Source: Escherichia phage vB_EcoM-BECP11. Taken from it: a stretch of DNA of 64,000 bases. Shown here one piece after another: positions 44,065-53,917 of this stretch. The stretch lies in the sequence record MW286157.1. One strand, 5' to 3'. Position 1 is the first letter of the stretch; each line of letters begins with the position of its first letter. The translations under genes and the position numbers were made by a program. The notes beneath the pieces were generated by a model. The model did no database searches. It was not told where the DNA came from and worked only from the letters and a program-made list of their open reading frames with translations.

Positions 44065-44515
44065 GTTAGAGATTAGAAGCAATTTTAGATGGCCATCGTG
44101 TGCATTAAGTAATTTCGCCCAATGGCCTTTCGTCATGGATGGTATTCAATTCGGAGGTCTTGAAGGATTCCTCCAAGGATGCAAGGTGAAAAATGTTGAA
44201 CAACAAAAACGTATATTTGGGCTCTCCGGCTTGGCCGCCCAGCAAAGTGGAAGAGCTTATGCAAGAGCTGCGGACCGTGGGACGCTTTTCTGGCTTGGAA
44301 TTCCCTTTTCAAGATACTCTGCAGCATGGAAAGAGTTGTATACAAATGCATATTTTGAAGCAGCGATTCAAAACAAGGGGTTTCGTGATGCCTTACAAGC
44401 CTCTAAAGGAAAAATTTTGAAGCATAGCATGGCTAGTGGTCTAACAAAAGATGATACAATACTAACCGAAGCTGAATTTATTGATGTGTTAAACCTATTA
44501 AGAGACTCTCTATGA
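44051..44515 (+). CDS. NADAR-like (DUF1768/YbiA-like) protein (154 aa), assigned by motif only
   Basis: LSNFAQWPFVMDGIQFGGLEGFLQGCKV resembles the YbiA/NADAR signature FSNFAAWP..DG..........E.YFQA.K as I recall it; locally GC-richer codon usage. Confidence 0.45.
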   Translation: MKMSELEIRSNFRWPSCALSNFAQWPFVMDGIQFGGLEGFLQGCKVKNVEQQKRIFGLSGLAAQQSGRAYARAADRGTLFWLGIPFSRYSAAWKELYTNAYFEAAIQNKGFRDALQASKGKILKHSMASGLTKDDTILTEAEFIDVLNLLRDSL

Positions 44516-45348
44516 AGCCTACTATTTTGACTGATATTGACGGGGTGTGTTTAAGCTGGCAATCGGGCCTTCCTTATTTTGCCCAAAAATATAATCTTCC
44601 GTTGGAACATATTTTAAAAATGATTCAGGACGAAAAATTTATTTCTCCTGGTAAGCTCTTTAATTGCGATGAAGAACTTGGTGTTAAATTAATCGAAAAG
44701 TATAATCGTTCAGATTTTATTCGCTATTTGTCTCCATATAAAGATGCCCTGTGTGTAATTAACAAATTAAAAGAAGATTATAATTTTGTAGCTGTTACAG
44801 CACTGGGTGATTCTATTGACGCTCTGCTGAATCGTCAATTTAATTTGAATGCTCTTTTTCCTGGTGCCTTCTCAGAAGTATTGATGTGTGGTCATGATTC
44901 TTCAAAAGAAGAGTTGTTCAAAAAGGCAAAAGAGAAATATAACGTAATTTGTTATATTGACGATCTCGCTCACCACTGCGATCATGCGAGTGAAATATTA
45001 AATGTTCCTGTTTATTGGATGGCTCGAGGGGAGCGTGACAGTATTCCAAAAACTGCACAGCGAGTTTATACATGGAATGATGTAGAGAATAAGCTTTTTC
45101 CATCGAATGAAAATAAAGAAAGTTTTGATAGTGAAAAAGCTATAAAAGATGTAATTGAAAAGATGATTAAAAATGATTCTTTTCCTTGGAACACTACCTG
45201 GAGAACTCCTGGATTTAATCCTTATAATCTATATCATCCATATCAGACGCATCCGTTTCAGACATGGAACTATATTAAACCCGGTGGCATAGAGTATTTG
45301 TATAATAGACCTACTAGTGGTGATAATATTTTCCAAGGAGCATTCTAA
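44512..45348 (+). CDS. HAD-superfamily phosphatase-like protein (278 aa), putative nucleotidase
   Basis: N-terminal HAD motif I ILTDIDGV and a later acidic motif ICYIDDLAHH; function inferred from motifs only. Confidence 0.5.
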   Translation: MKPTILTDIDGVCLSWQSGLPYFAQKYNLPLEHILKMIQDEKFISPGKLFNCDEELGVKLIEKYNRSDFIRYLSPYKDALCVINKLKEDYNFVAVTALGDSIDALLNRQFNLNALFPGAFSEVLMCGHDSSKEELFKKAKEKYNVICYIDDLAHHCDHASEILNVPVYWMARGERDSIPKTAQRVYTWNDVENKLFPSNENKESFDSEKAIKDVIEKMIKNDSFPWNTTWRTPGFNPYNLYHPYQTHPFQTWNYIKPGGIEYLYNRPTSGDNIFQGAF

Positions 45349-45617
45349 TGTTTGTCGTTCACACTATTTATGAAAATGAAGGTAATACTACACGTGATTA
45401 CGGTCACGTAAATCAATTTTTTAGATGCAATCCAGAATTCCGAGCTCAAAAAGACGAACGAATTTTTAAAAAATGTGTAGAGCAAGGTTTCATTTACGTC
45501 AAGCACTGGATGCAAGGAAATAAAGTTAGAACCACGTACCACAGGTCTTTGACTGAGCTTAATGATGAATTGATTTATAATAGAGCTGTAAACCAAACTC
45601 TAAAGGATGAACAATGA
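45348..45617 (+). CDS. hypothetical protein (89 aa)
   Basis: TAATG overlap upstream; ATGA overlap with gene 30. Confidence 0.45.
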   Translation: MFVVHTIYENEGNTTRDYGHVNQFFRCNPEFRAQKDERIFKKCVEQGFIYVKHWMQGNKVRTTYHRSLTELNDELIYNRAVNQTLKDEQ

Positions 45618-47077
45618 TTCTTAAAATTCTGAATGAAATAGCATCTATTGGTTCAACTAAGCAAAAGCAAGCAATTCTTGAAAAGAATAAAGATAATGAA
45701 TTGCTCAAACGAGTATATCGTCTGACTTATTCTCGTGGGTTACAGTATTATATCAAGAAATGGCCTAAACCTGGTATTGCTACCCAGAGTTTTGGAATGT
45801 TGACTCTTACCGATATGCTTGACTTCATTGAATTCACATTAGCTACTCGGAAATTGACTGGAAATGCGGCAATTGAGGAATTAACTGGATATATTACTGA
45901 CGGTAAAAAAGATGATGTTGAAGTTTTGCGTCGGGTGATGATGCGAGACCTTGAATGCGGTGCATCAGTATCTATTGCAAACAAAGTTTGGCCAGGTTTA
46001 ATTCCTGAACAACCTCAAATGCTGGCAAGTTCTTATGATGAAAAAGGCATTAATAAGAATATCAAATTTCCAGCCTTTGCCCAATTAAAAGCTGATGGAG
46101 CTCGGTGCTTTGCTGAAGTCAGAGGTGATGAATTAGATGATGTTCGTCTTTTATCACGAGCTGGTAATGAATATCTAGGATTAGATCTTCTCAAGGAAGA
46201 GTTAATCAAAATGACTGCAGAAGCTCGCCAGATTCATCCAGAAGGTGTGTTAATTGATGGCGAATTGGTATACCATGAGCAAGTTGAAAAGGAGCCAGAA
46301 GGCCTAGATTTTCTTTTTGATGCTTATCCTGAAATTAGTAAAGCTAAAGAATTCGCCGAAGTAGCTGAATCACGTACTACTTCTAATGGAATCGCTAATA
46401 AATCTTTAAAGGGAACTATTTCAGAAAAAGAAGCTCAATGCATGAAGTTTCAGGTCTGGGATTATGTTCCGTTGGTAGAAATATACGGTCTTCCGGCGTT
46501 TCGTTTAAAATATGATGTACGTTTTTCTAAACTAGAACAAATGACATCAGGCTATGATAAAGTAATTTTAATTGAAAACCAAGTAGTAAATAACCTAGAT
46601 GAAGCTAAGGTAATTTACAAAAAGTATATTGACCAAGGTCTTGAAGGTATTATTCTCAAAAATATCGATGGATTATGGGAAAATGCTCGTTCAAAAAATC
46701 TTTATAAATTTAAAGAAGTAATTGATGTTGATTTAAAAATTGTAGGAATTTATCCTCACCGTAAAGACCCTACTAAAGCAGGTGGTTTCATTCTTGAATC
46801 AGAGTGTGGAAAAATTAAAGTAAATGCTGGTTCAGGCTTAAAAGATAAAGCCGGCGTAAAATCACATGAACTTGACCGTACTCGCATTATGGAAAACCAA
46901 AATTATTATATTGGAAAAATTCTAGAGTGCGAATGCAACGGCTGGGTAAAATTAGATGGACGTACTGATTACGTTAAGCTATTTCTTCCAATTGCAATTC
47001 GTTTACGTGAAGATAAAACTAAAGCTAATACGTTCGAAGATGTATTTGGCGATTTTCATGAGGTAACTGGTTTATGA
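45614..47077 (+). CDS. 30: ATP-dependent DNA ligase (487 aa)
   Basis: adenylation motif KADGAR (FAQLKADGARCFAEV); near-identical to T4 DNA ligase as recalled, same length. Confidence 0.95.
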   Translation: MILKILNEIASIGSTKQKQAILEKNKDNELLKRVYRLTYSRGLQYYIKKWPKPGIATQSFGMLTLTDMLDFIEFTLATRKLTGNAAIEELTGYITDGKKDDVEVLRRVMMRDLECGASVSIANKVWPGLIPEQPQMLASSYDEKGINKNIKFPAFAQLKADGARCFAEVRGDELDDVRLLSRAGNEYLGLDLLKEELIKMTAEARQIHPEGVLIDGELVYHEQVEKEPEGLDFLFDAYPEISKAKEFAEVAESRTTSNGIANKSLKGTISEKEAQCMKFQVWDYVPLVEIYGLPAFRLKYDVRFSKLEQMTSGYDKVILIENQVVNNLDEAKVIYKKYIDQGLEGIILKNIDGLWENARSKNLYKFKEVIDVDLKIVGIYPHRKDPTKAGGFILESECGKIKVNAGSGLKDKAGVKSHELDRTRIMENQNYYIGKILECECNGWVKLDGRTDYVKLFLPIAIRLREDKTKANTFEDVFGDFHEVTGL

Positions 47078-47259
47078 AAGCTTACTTAGAAACAATTGTC
47101 GTGGCTCAAAAAGAAGGTGGAGATGTTTCCACTGCGGTATCGCAGGTTATTCTTGAATTCCCAGATAAACTAGCATATGATGAATTCACGGAAAGATTTG
47201 ATCCATATGAAAAAGGTCCAAAGTTTGAAGTATATCGTACTCTTTTAGCTCTCTATTAA
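47074..47259 (+). CDS. hypothetical protein (61 aa)
   Basis: ATGA overlap with ligase stop; followed by hairpin 47263-47278. Confidence 0.4.
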   Translation: MKAYLETIVVAQKEGGDVSTAVSQVILEFPDKLAYDEFTERFDPYEKGPKFEVYRTLLALY

Positions 47260-47262
47260 TTA

Positions 47263-47278
47263 AAGGCCTTCGGGCCTT
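47263..47278 (+). promoter_or_regulatory. intercistronic RNA hairpin upstream of alt
   Basis: AAGGCC-TTCG-GGCCTT. Confidence 0.5.
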
Positions 47279-47315
47279 TAATTTTATAAATAGAATAAAC
47301 ACTAGAGAGGATAAC

Positions 47316-49409
47316 ATGGAACTTATTACAGAATTATTTGACGAAGATACTACTCTTCCGATTACAAACTTAAATCCAAAGAAGAAAATACCACAAATTT
47401 TTTCAGTTCATGTTGATGATGCAATTGAACAACCAGGCTTTCGTTTATGTACCTATACATCTGGAGGTGATACTAATCGCGATTTAAAGATGGGCGATAA
47501 AATGATGCATATTGTTCCTTTTACATTAACTGCTAAAGGCTCAATTGCTAAATTAAAAGGTCTTGGTCCAAGCCCAATTAATTATATCAATTCAGTTTTT
47601 ACTGTTGCAATGCAAACGATGCGTCAATATAAAATTGATGCCTGCATGCTTCGTATTCTTAAGTCTAAAACTGCTGGCCAAGCTCGACAAATTCAAGTTA
47701 TTGCTGATAGACTTATCCGTAGTCGTTCAGGTGGCAGATACGTCCTTCTTAAGGAACTCTGGGATTACGATAAAAAGTATGCATATATTCTTATACATCG
47801 CAAAAATGTATCATTAGAAGACATTCCAGGAGTTCCAGAAATTAGCACTGAACTCTTTACTAAAGTTGAATCGAAGGTCGGTGATGTTTATATCAATAAA
47901 GATACTGGAGCTCAAGTAACTAAAAATGAAGCAATTGCAGCATCTATTGCACAAGAAAATGATAAACGTTCTGACCAAGCTGTAATCGTTAAAGTTAAAA
48001 TTTCCCGTAGAGCAATTGCACAAAGTCAGTCATTGGAATCTTCTAGATTTGAAAGTGAATTATTCCAGAAGTATGAATCTACAGCAGCCAATTTTAATAA
48101 ACCAGCTACTGCACCTTTAATTCCCGAAGCAGAAGAAATGAAAATTGGAATTAATTCATTAGCTTCTAAAACAAAGGCAGCAAAAATTATTGCTGAAGGA
48201 ACGGCAGATGAACTTCACTATGATTATAAATTCTTTCCAATGAGTCAAGTCGGTGAAGTTTCAGAAAAAATTAAAGAAGTAATTTTTAATGCAATTAAAA
48301 ATGAACCAACTACTTCAATAAAATGTTTAGAGAAATACGCAGCAGCTGTAAATCAATTCTTTGAAGATTATAAAGATAAATGGCTTGCTAATCATAATAA
48401 AAATCGTAAAGGACAACCAGATGAAGTCTGGGAAGAAATAACTAAAAATTCCTGGAACGCAGCAAAAACTAAATTCCTCAAACGAATGATTTACAGTTTT
48501 TCTGGAATTGGTGCTGGTCCAATGATTGATATTACTATTGCCCGCGATGGTTCTAAATATACTCCATCACAAAAGCGTGGCATTAGAGAATATTGCGGTT
48601 CAGGATATACTGACATCAATAATCTTCTTTTAGGTCGTTACAATCCAGAACGATACGATGTAATGAGTGAAAAAGAAATTGAATCTGCTATAAATAACTT
48701 AGATTCAGCTTTTGAAAATGGTGACCGTATACCAGAAGGCATTACAGTTTATCGTGCTCAAAGTATGACTGCTCCTATATATGAAGCGTTAGTTAAAAAT
48801 AAAGTGTTCTACTTCAGAAATTTTGTATCTACTTCTTTAACTCCTATCATTTTTGGACGTTTTGGAATCACACATGCTGGTATTGGTCTTTTAGAACCAG
48901 AAGCTCGCAATGAATTAACAGTTGATAAAAATGAAGAAGGAATAACTATTAATCCAAACGAAATAAGAGCGTATAAAGAAAATCCTGAATATGTTAAAGT
49001 TCAAATAGGATGGGCAATTGATGGAGCTCATAAAGTTAATGTTGTATATCCAGGAAGTCTCGGAATAGCAACAGAAGCTGAAGTTATTCTACCACGCGGA
49101 TTGATGGTCAAGGTTAATAAAATAACTGATGCTTCTAATAATGACGGAACAACATCTAATAATACAAAACTCATTCAAGCTGAAGTTATGACCACGGAAG
49201 AGCTCACCGAATCGGTAATCTATGATGGAGACCATTTAATGGAAACTGGTGAATTGGTTGCAATGACAGGTGATATTGAAATAGAAGACAGAGTTGACTT
49301 TGCATCATTTGTTTCATCAAATATTAAACAGAAAGTAGAATCATCTCTTGGAATTATTGCGTCTTGCATAGATATTACAAACATGCCTTACAAGTTCGTT
49401 CAAGGATAA
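47316..49409 (+). CDS. alt: Alt, capsid-packaged mono-ADP-ribosyltransferase (697 aa)
   Basis: N-terminus MELITELFDEDTTLPITNLNPKKKIPQIFSVHVDD matches T4 Alt as recalled; ART motifs YRAQ, FVSTSL, EAEVILPRG. Confidence 0.9.
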   Translation: MELITELFDEDTTLPITNLNPKKKIPQIFSVHVDDAIEQPGFRLCTYTSGGDTNRDLKMGDKMMHIVPFTLTAKGSIAKLKGLGPSPINYINSVFTVAMQTMRQYKIDACMLRILKSKTAGQARQIQVIADRLIRSRSGGRYVLLKELWDYDKKYAYILIHRKNVSLEDIPGVPEISTELFTKVESKVGDVYINKDTGAQVTKNEAIAASIAQENDKRSDQAVIVKVKISRRAIAQSQSLESSRFESELFQKYESTAANFNKPATAPLIPEAEEMKIGINSLASKTKAAKIIAEGTADELHYDYKFFPMSQVGEVSEKIKEVIFNAIKNEPTTSIKCLEKYAAAVNQFFEDYKDKWLANHNKNRKGQPDEVWEEITKNSWNAAKTKFLKRMIYSFSGIGAGPMIDITIARDGSKYTPSQKRGIREYCGSGYTDINNLLLGRYNPERYDVMSEKEIESAINNLDSAFENGDRIPEGITVYRAQSMTAPIYEALVKNKVFYFRNFVSTSLTPIIFGRFGITHAGIGLLEPEARNELTVDKNEEGITINPNEIRAYKENPEYVKVQIGWAIDGAHKVNVVYPGSLGIATEAEVILPRGLMVKVNKITDASNNDGTTSNNTKLIQAEVMTTEELTESVIYDGDHLMETGELVAMTGDIEIEDRVDFASFVSSNIKQKVESSLGIIASCIDITNMPYKFVQG

Positions 49410-49412
49410 ATC

Positions 49413-51470
49413 ATGGAACTTATTACAGAATTATTTGACGGCGCTTCGGCGCCGGTTGTTAACTTAAATCCTAAGCATAAAATACCTCAAATTTTTGCTA
49501 TTCAAGCAGGTGAAGAAAGCGTGCTTCCTGGATTTAGATTTTGTACATACACCTCTGGCGGTGATACGAATAAAAACGTTAAGCCAGGCGACAAAATGAT
49601 GCATATCGTAATGATAGGTGTTAATGAGAAACTATCATTAGTTAAGCTTAAAAACTTGGGTGGAAATCCAATTGGCGTCATTAATGCTGTTTTTGATACT
49701 GCTCTTCAAACAATGAAGCAGTATAAAATTGATGCATGCCTATTCCGCGTACTAAAAAGTAAAACAAATGGCGCAGCTCGTCAAATGCAAGTTATTGCTG
49801 ACCGTTTAGTACGTACTAAAGGAGCAGGTCGATATGTTCTTTTAAAGGAAATCTGGGATTATGATAAAAAGTACGCATATATTATGGTTTACCGTAAAAA
49901 TGCCAATTTAGAAGACATTCCAGGTGTACCTCCTATTTCAACCGAGTTATTCACAAAAGTTGAATCAAAGGTTGGTGATGTTTATGTAGACGTTAAAACA
50001 GGTAATGCTGTTCCTAAAGCTGTTGCTGTTGCTGCTTCTATTGCTTTAGAAAATGATAAGCGCACGGATCAAGCTGTTATTCAGAAAACTAAAATTAGTC
50101 GTCGATTAGCAGCACAAGCTCAATATTCTACTGTTGATGCTTCACTTCAGGGTGATAGCTTCGCTGCTAAGAAATATCAAGAGTTTGAATCTAAAGTTCC
50201 GGTATATAAAGCAGAAGGACCAATGAACTCTGGCGTTATTCAGGTTGGTTCAAACTTTAGCAAAGGAGCTATCGGTGGTATGAGAAGTGCTTCTCGTTTT
50301 AAATCTAGTGATTATGAACTCGAAAGCTTCCGAAATCATATTGCATTGGCCCATGCACGTTTACGCGATCCATCTATCAAGCTGCAGAGCGATATAACAT
50401 ATCAAGGTTCTCAAGAATATTTAAAGAATAAAGAATTCTTTGATTATAAAACTGATAAAATTTTAAGCGATCTTGCTGACATTAATATTTCTAATAGCTT
50501 TGATGTTATTAAGAAAATTGTCAATGATTTAGTTAAAGGTTCTAAAGCTACACCAGATGAAAAGACAGCTATTATTCAATTTGTAATGAACGGAATTTAT
50601 AAATTAATTGATGAATCTGCTGCTCAGGCATATGAATATGCAAGCACTGAAGTAACTCCAAAAGGATTAACTCAGGCTGAGTCTGATGTAATTGAAGATT
50701 ATTGCGCAGATTCATATGTTGAAATGAACTCGTTCCTTCTAGGTAAACCTGATTCTACCCGTGAAGAATATATGGAACGAGCTATTAAACATATTGAGAC
50801 GCTGGATTCTGCATTTTCTAAAGGTTCAGTTCTTCCTCCAGGAACTACTCTTTATCGTGGGCAAGAAGTTACCTTTAAAACTTTACGTCATAATATAGAA
50901 AATAAAATGTTCTATTTCAAGAACTTTGTATCTACTTCACTCAAGCCAAATATCTTCGGTGAATATGGTAAAAATTATATGGCCTTAGATGATTCCGGAG
51001 CAGTATTTTCTGGTGAAGGAGAAGGTTCAGTTGATGCTGAAGATTTAATGCATATGGGTAGTCATTCTACATATGCGAATGAAGACGCTGAAACTAATGT
51101 AGGTATGGTAATTAAAGGAGCTGAACGAGTTAAAGTTATCGTTCCAGGTCATTTATCAGGATTTCCATCCGAAGCTGAAGTTATTTTGCCGCGTGGAATT
51201 TTACTGAAGATTAATAAAGTAAGTACGTACATGATGAAAGAAACTGCTTATAACAAGTATCTAATCGAAGGTACAATCGTTCCTCCTTCTGAACAATTAG
51301 AAGAATCAGTATATGATGGCGACCATCTGATGGAAACTGGTGAAGTTCGTCCAATGGCTGGATTTAATCAATTCCTTGTAGAAGAATCAAAAGAAGAGGA
51401 AAACGAAGTTTCTCAAATCTTAGCTTCTTTGGTTAACATCAACGGAATGTCTAAAAAGTTCAAAATGTAG
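49413..51470 (+). CDS. second Alt-like ADP-ribosyltransferase, tandem paralogue (685 aa)
   Basis: MELITELFDGASAPVVNLNPKHKIPQIF...; retains YRGQ, FVSTSL and EAEVILPRG motifs; central region diverges from the first copy. Confidence 0.8.
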   Translation: MELITELFDGASAPVVNLNPKHKIPQIFAIQAGEESVLPGFRFCTYTSGGDTNKNVKPGDKMMHIVMIGVNEKLSLVKLKNLGGNPIGVINAVFDTALQTMKQYKIDACLFRVLKSKTNGAARQMQVIADRLVRTKGAGRYVLLKEIWDYDKKYAYIMVYRKNANLEDIPGVPPISTELFTKVESKVGDVYVDVKTGNAVPKAVAVAASIALENDKRTDQAVIQKTKISRRLAAQAQYSTVDASLQGDSFAAKKYQEFESKVPVYKAEGPMNSGVIQVGSNFSKGAIGGMRSASRFKSSDYELESFRNHIALAHARLRDPSIKLQSDITYQGSQEYLKNKEFFDYKTDKILSDLADINISNSFDVIKKIVNDLVKGSKATPDEKTAIIQFVMNGIYKLIDESAAQAYEYASTEVTPKGLTQAESDVIEDYCADSYVEMNSFLLGKPDSTREEYMERAIKHIETLDSAFSKGSVLPPGTTLYRGQEVTFKTLRHNIENKMFYFKNFVSTSLKPNIFGEYGKNYMALDDSGAVFSGEGEGSVDAEDLMHMGSHSTYANEDAETNVGMVIKGAERVKVIVPGHLSGFPSEAEVILPRGILLKINKVSTYMMKETAYNKYLIEGTIVPPSEQLEESVYDGDHLMETGEVRPMAGFNQFLVEESKEEENEVSQILASLVNINGMSKKFKM

Positions 51471-51499
51471 TTTACAAGTCCCTCGTATTGTGTTATAGT
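51470..51499 (+). promoter_or_regulatory. T4-type early promoter (repeat of the alc promoter-leader)
   Basis: GTTTAC 51470-51475, 18-bp spacer, TGTTATAGT; about 54 bp near-identical to 35650-35703. Confidence 0.55.
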
Positions 51500-51523
51500 A
51501 GTTTTACTGACATAACATGAGGA
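51470..51523 (+). repeat. 54-bp promoter-leader repeat, copy B (downstream of the alt pair)
   Basis: GTTTACAAGTCCCTCGTATTGTGTTATAGTAGTTTTACTGACATAACATGAGGA, about 4 mismatches to copy A. Confidence 0.7.
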
Positions 51524-51530
51524 ACACAAA

Positions 51531-51821
51531 ATGAAATCTTCTTTGCGCTTTTTAGGTCAAGAACTCGTCGTTGAAGGCGTTATTCCCGCTGATAACGCTT
51601 TCAATGAAGCAGTTTATGATGAATTTATTAAAATTTTCGGAACCGATAAAAAGTTTGGAATTTTTCCTTCTGAAAATTTTTCAAAGCCAGAACAGACTGA
51701 AAGTATTTTCCAAGGTGTAGTAACAGGTAAATTTGAGTCAGAAGCTCCGGTAAAAATTGAGGTTTATATTGAAGAAACCTCTGTTGCTTCAGTTGCTGCT
51801 TTTATTTCATTCCGTAAATAA
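51531..51821 (+). CDS. hypothetical protein (96 aa), in the position of T4 alt.-1
   Basis: RBS GAGGAACACAAA after early promoter 51470-51499; followed by hairpin 51828-51845. Confidence 0.5.
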   Translation: MKSSLRFLGQELVVEGVIPADNAFNEAVYDEFIKIFGTDKKFGIFPSENFSKPEQTESIFQGVVTGKFESEAPVKIEVYIEETSVASVAAFISFRK

Positions 51822-51827
51822 AAATAT

Positions 51828-51845
51828 GGGGACCTTTCGGTCCCC
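51828..51845. promoter_or_regulatory. hairpin between convergent genes (ORF 51531-51821 and gene 54)
   Basis: GGGGACC-TTTC-GGTCCCC. Confidence 0.5.
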
Positions 51846-51849
51846 ATTG

Positions 51850-52815
51850 TTATATTGCTCCTAATATTTTACTCTGCGAATTGACAATTCCTGTCATAGT
51901 ATTAATATTTGAAATGCTTCCTGCAGTTCCCCCTAATCTACTAAGTCGTGAAAGCGAATTAGATAGTCCAGTAACACCTCCACTATTTCCGAGAACGCTT
52001 TGAATACCATTTATAGTAGCAGATTCAAGCCATTCAAGGGCAGCTTGTCTATCAACTGCTCCAGCCTGCATCACTCTATACGCAAAAGTAACGTCAAATG
52101 TAGTTATTTGGTTATCTCCATCATATGATAACTCAGGAGCGCTCACTGATATTGGAATGCATCCAGTGAACATCACCGCAGTATGAGGTAATCCATTACG
52201 AGCATGAAGATTAACCTGAATATCTGCCTCGACATCTTGCGGTAAAGCACGCAATCCAGTTACTGGGTCTTGAACAGCGTTAACCCAGTCTTGCATTGCA
52301 CGATAGTTACAAGCTTCTGAATCCATTCTGAATGAAATAACCAAAGGGTCTAATTCTCTTCCAGTTATACGAATATTAGGAGAATTATAGTTCCAGTCAG
52401 TTTCATAGGATAATCTATTCTCTGGCATTTTTACAGAGTATATCATCAATCCAGATGAGTTATATGCCATGTTAAAGAAGTCAATTAAATATGTACCAAC
52501 TGTAAATGAGCCTAATAAACTCTGAACAGTACGCTGACTCATAGCTCCAATAAGATATTTACTGACTCCCGATTTTCTTATTAGTTTTTGTGTGCCAGCG
52601 GTAATTAGCGTGGTAATTCCCTGATTAATATCACCTTGAGTTAATCCCAACCAATCTGAATTTAGACCCAAGTTATTATAAGCAAAGTTACTAATTGAGC
52701 TTATTAACGATGAGCTTTTAGTTGATGGAGTTGTAGCAAAAACACAGCTGAACATATTATTACGTTGGAAGTCTGCGTTTATTGCTTGATTATTAAATTC
52801 CTCTAAAGAATACAT
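51850..52815 (-). CDS. 54: baseplate tail-tube initiator gp54 (321 aa)
   Basis: synteny 51-27-28-29-48-54 and size (T4 gp54 about 320 aa). Confidence 0.85.
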   Translation of the reverse strand: MYSLEEFNNQAINADFQRNNMFSCVFATTPSTKSSSLISSISNFAYNNLGLNSDWLGLTQGDINQGITTLITAGTQKLIRKSGVSKYLIGAMSQRTVQSLLGSFTVGTYLIDFFNMAYNSSGLMIYSVKMPENRLSYETDWNYNSPNIRITGRELDPLVISFRMDSEACNYRAMQDWVNAVQDPVTGLRALPQDVEADIQVNLHARNGLPHTAVMFTGCIPISVSAPELSYDGDNQITTFDVTFAYRVMQAGAVDRQAALEWLESATINGIQSVLGNSGGVTGLSNSLSRLSRLGGTAGSISNINTMTGIVNSQSKILGAI

Positions 52816-53909
52816 TAGAAAGTCCCCGTATATAAAGAAGCACGGTTTAACGTAATAATCTCTCTCATAGTAATCTCGAGTGTAAAAGAACTTGGAAGGT
52901 TAGGAGCAATAGCTAATCCATTAAAGTTACCATTTGGTGTTTTATCAAATCTAATACTCTGTATTTGGCATGGACCGAATACTTCAGTCTTTCCATCAAA
53001 TTTAGAAGTTGCACCAAAGTTTTTCACCATCCAAATTGTCGGGTTTGAAACTACAAGAACGTTCGTTAAACTCGATGTCATTTTTTCAAATAACGTCTTG
53101 TTTTTAATCGCGTCTTCTGGCGTTAATGGTTCAATAAATGTAGAACGATACCACTCATCTAAATATCCTTTTATTTCAGCAGCATATTGAGATTTACCAG
53201 TTTCACCGTAAGAAAAATAGTTAAAATACTGATAGATATTAATAATAGCCATTAAATCTTCTGTTGAGCGCGGAGTTAAATCCCAGGTGAACACTTTAGT
53301 TCTATTTTCAGCACCGCCGTACATGCTTCTAGCTGTTGTATAGATCTGTTCATTATTATCAGCCATTATACCTTGTGTTATACTTTCCAACGCTCCAAAT
53401 ACTGCGGTTGAAGCCATATTGCTTAGCACACCAGTAGCAGTACCTCCGCCTTTTGTAATAAGACTATCTTGAACATCATTAAATCTATGTGATGACGTAT
53501 CGACGTCAGATTTAGATCTAGGTAAAAGAATATTTGCAACAGGAACTTTACTTATTGTTCCTGAATTATTATCTGATATTAGTCCATTTGATAGTTTTGA
53601 TACTGTATTACTGATAGTGTTTCTGGCTGTACGTAAAATACTCGAAGATGAAGAAGAGTAGTTAGATCTCATCGTTCTAAGACTTCCAGAATCCCTAGAT
53701 GACATATTGTATGCAGTAAATAATAATCCATTCTTATATAGATCTGTTACCTGGAAGTCCCCTGTAGTGTCATTACCACTAGCACGCCCAGTTGGAAACT
53801 GGGCTGTGTATGTTTTAGTTCCTACTTCTGATTTAGTACTCTGTCCGGCTGAAATTGTTTCACCGGACTTTTTAATTAAATCAGCAGTTATTTCTTTAAC
53901 AATTGCCAT
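52815..53909 (-). CDS. 48: baseplate tail-tube junction protein gp48 (364 aa)
   Basis: synteny and same length as T4 gp48. Confidence 0.85.
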   Translation of the reverse strand: MAIVKEITADLIKKSGETISAGQSTKSEVGTKTYTAQFPTGRASGNDTTGDFQVTDLYKNGLLFTAYNMSSRDSGSLRTMRSNYSSSSSSILRTARNTISNTVSKLSNGLISDNNSGTISKVPVANILLPRSKSDVDTSSHRFNDVQDSLITKGGGTATGVLSNMASTAVFGALESITQGIMADNNEQIYTTARSMYGGAENRTKVFTWDLTPRSTEDLMAIINIYQYFNYFSYGETGKSQYAAEIKGYLDEWYRSTFIEPLTPEDAIKNKTLFEKMTSSLTNVLVVSNPTIWMVKNFGATSKFDGKTEVFGPCQIQSIRFDKTPNGNFNGLAIAPNLPSSFTLEITMREIITLNRASLYTGTF

Positions 53910-53917
53910 ATTATTCC

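Noticed and set aside
49441-49452. GCGCTTCGGCGC hairpin as a terminator between the two alt genes
   Set aside because: It lies inside the coding sequence of the second alt gene (codons for GASAP) and has no U-tract, so it is unlikely to be a terminator.
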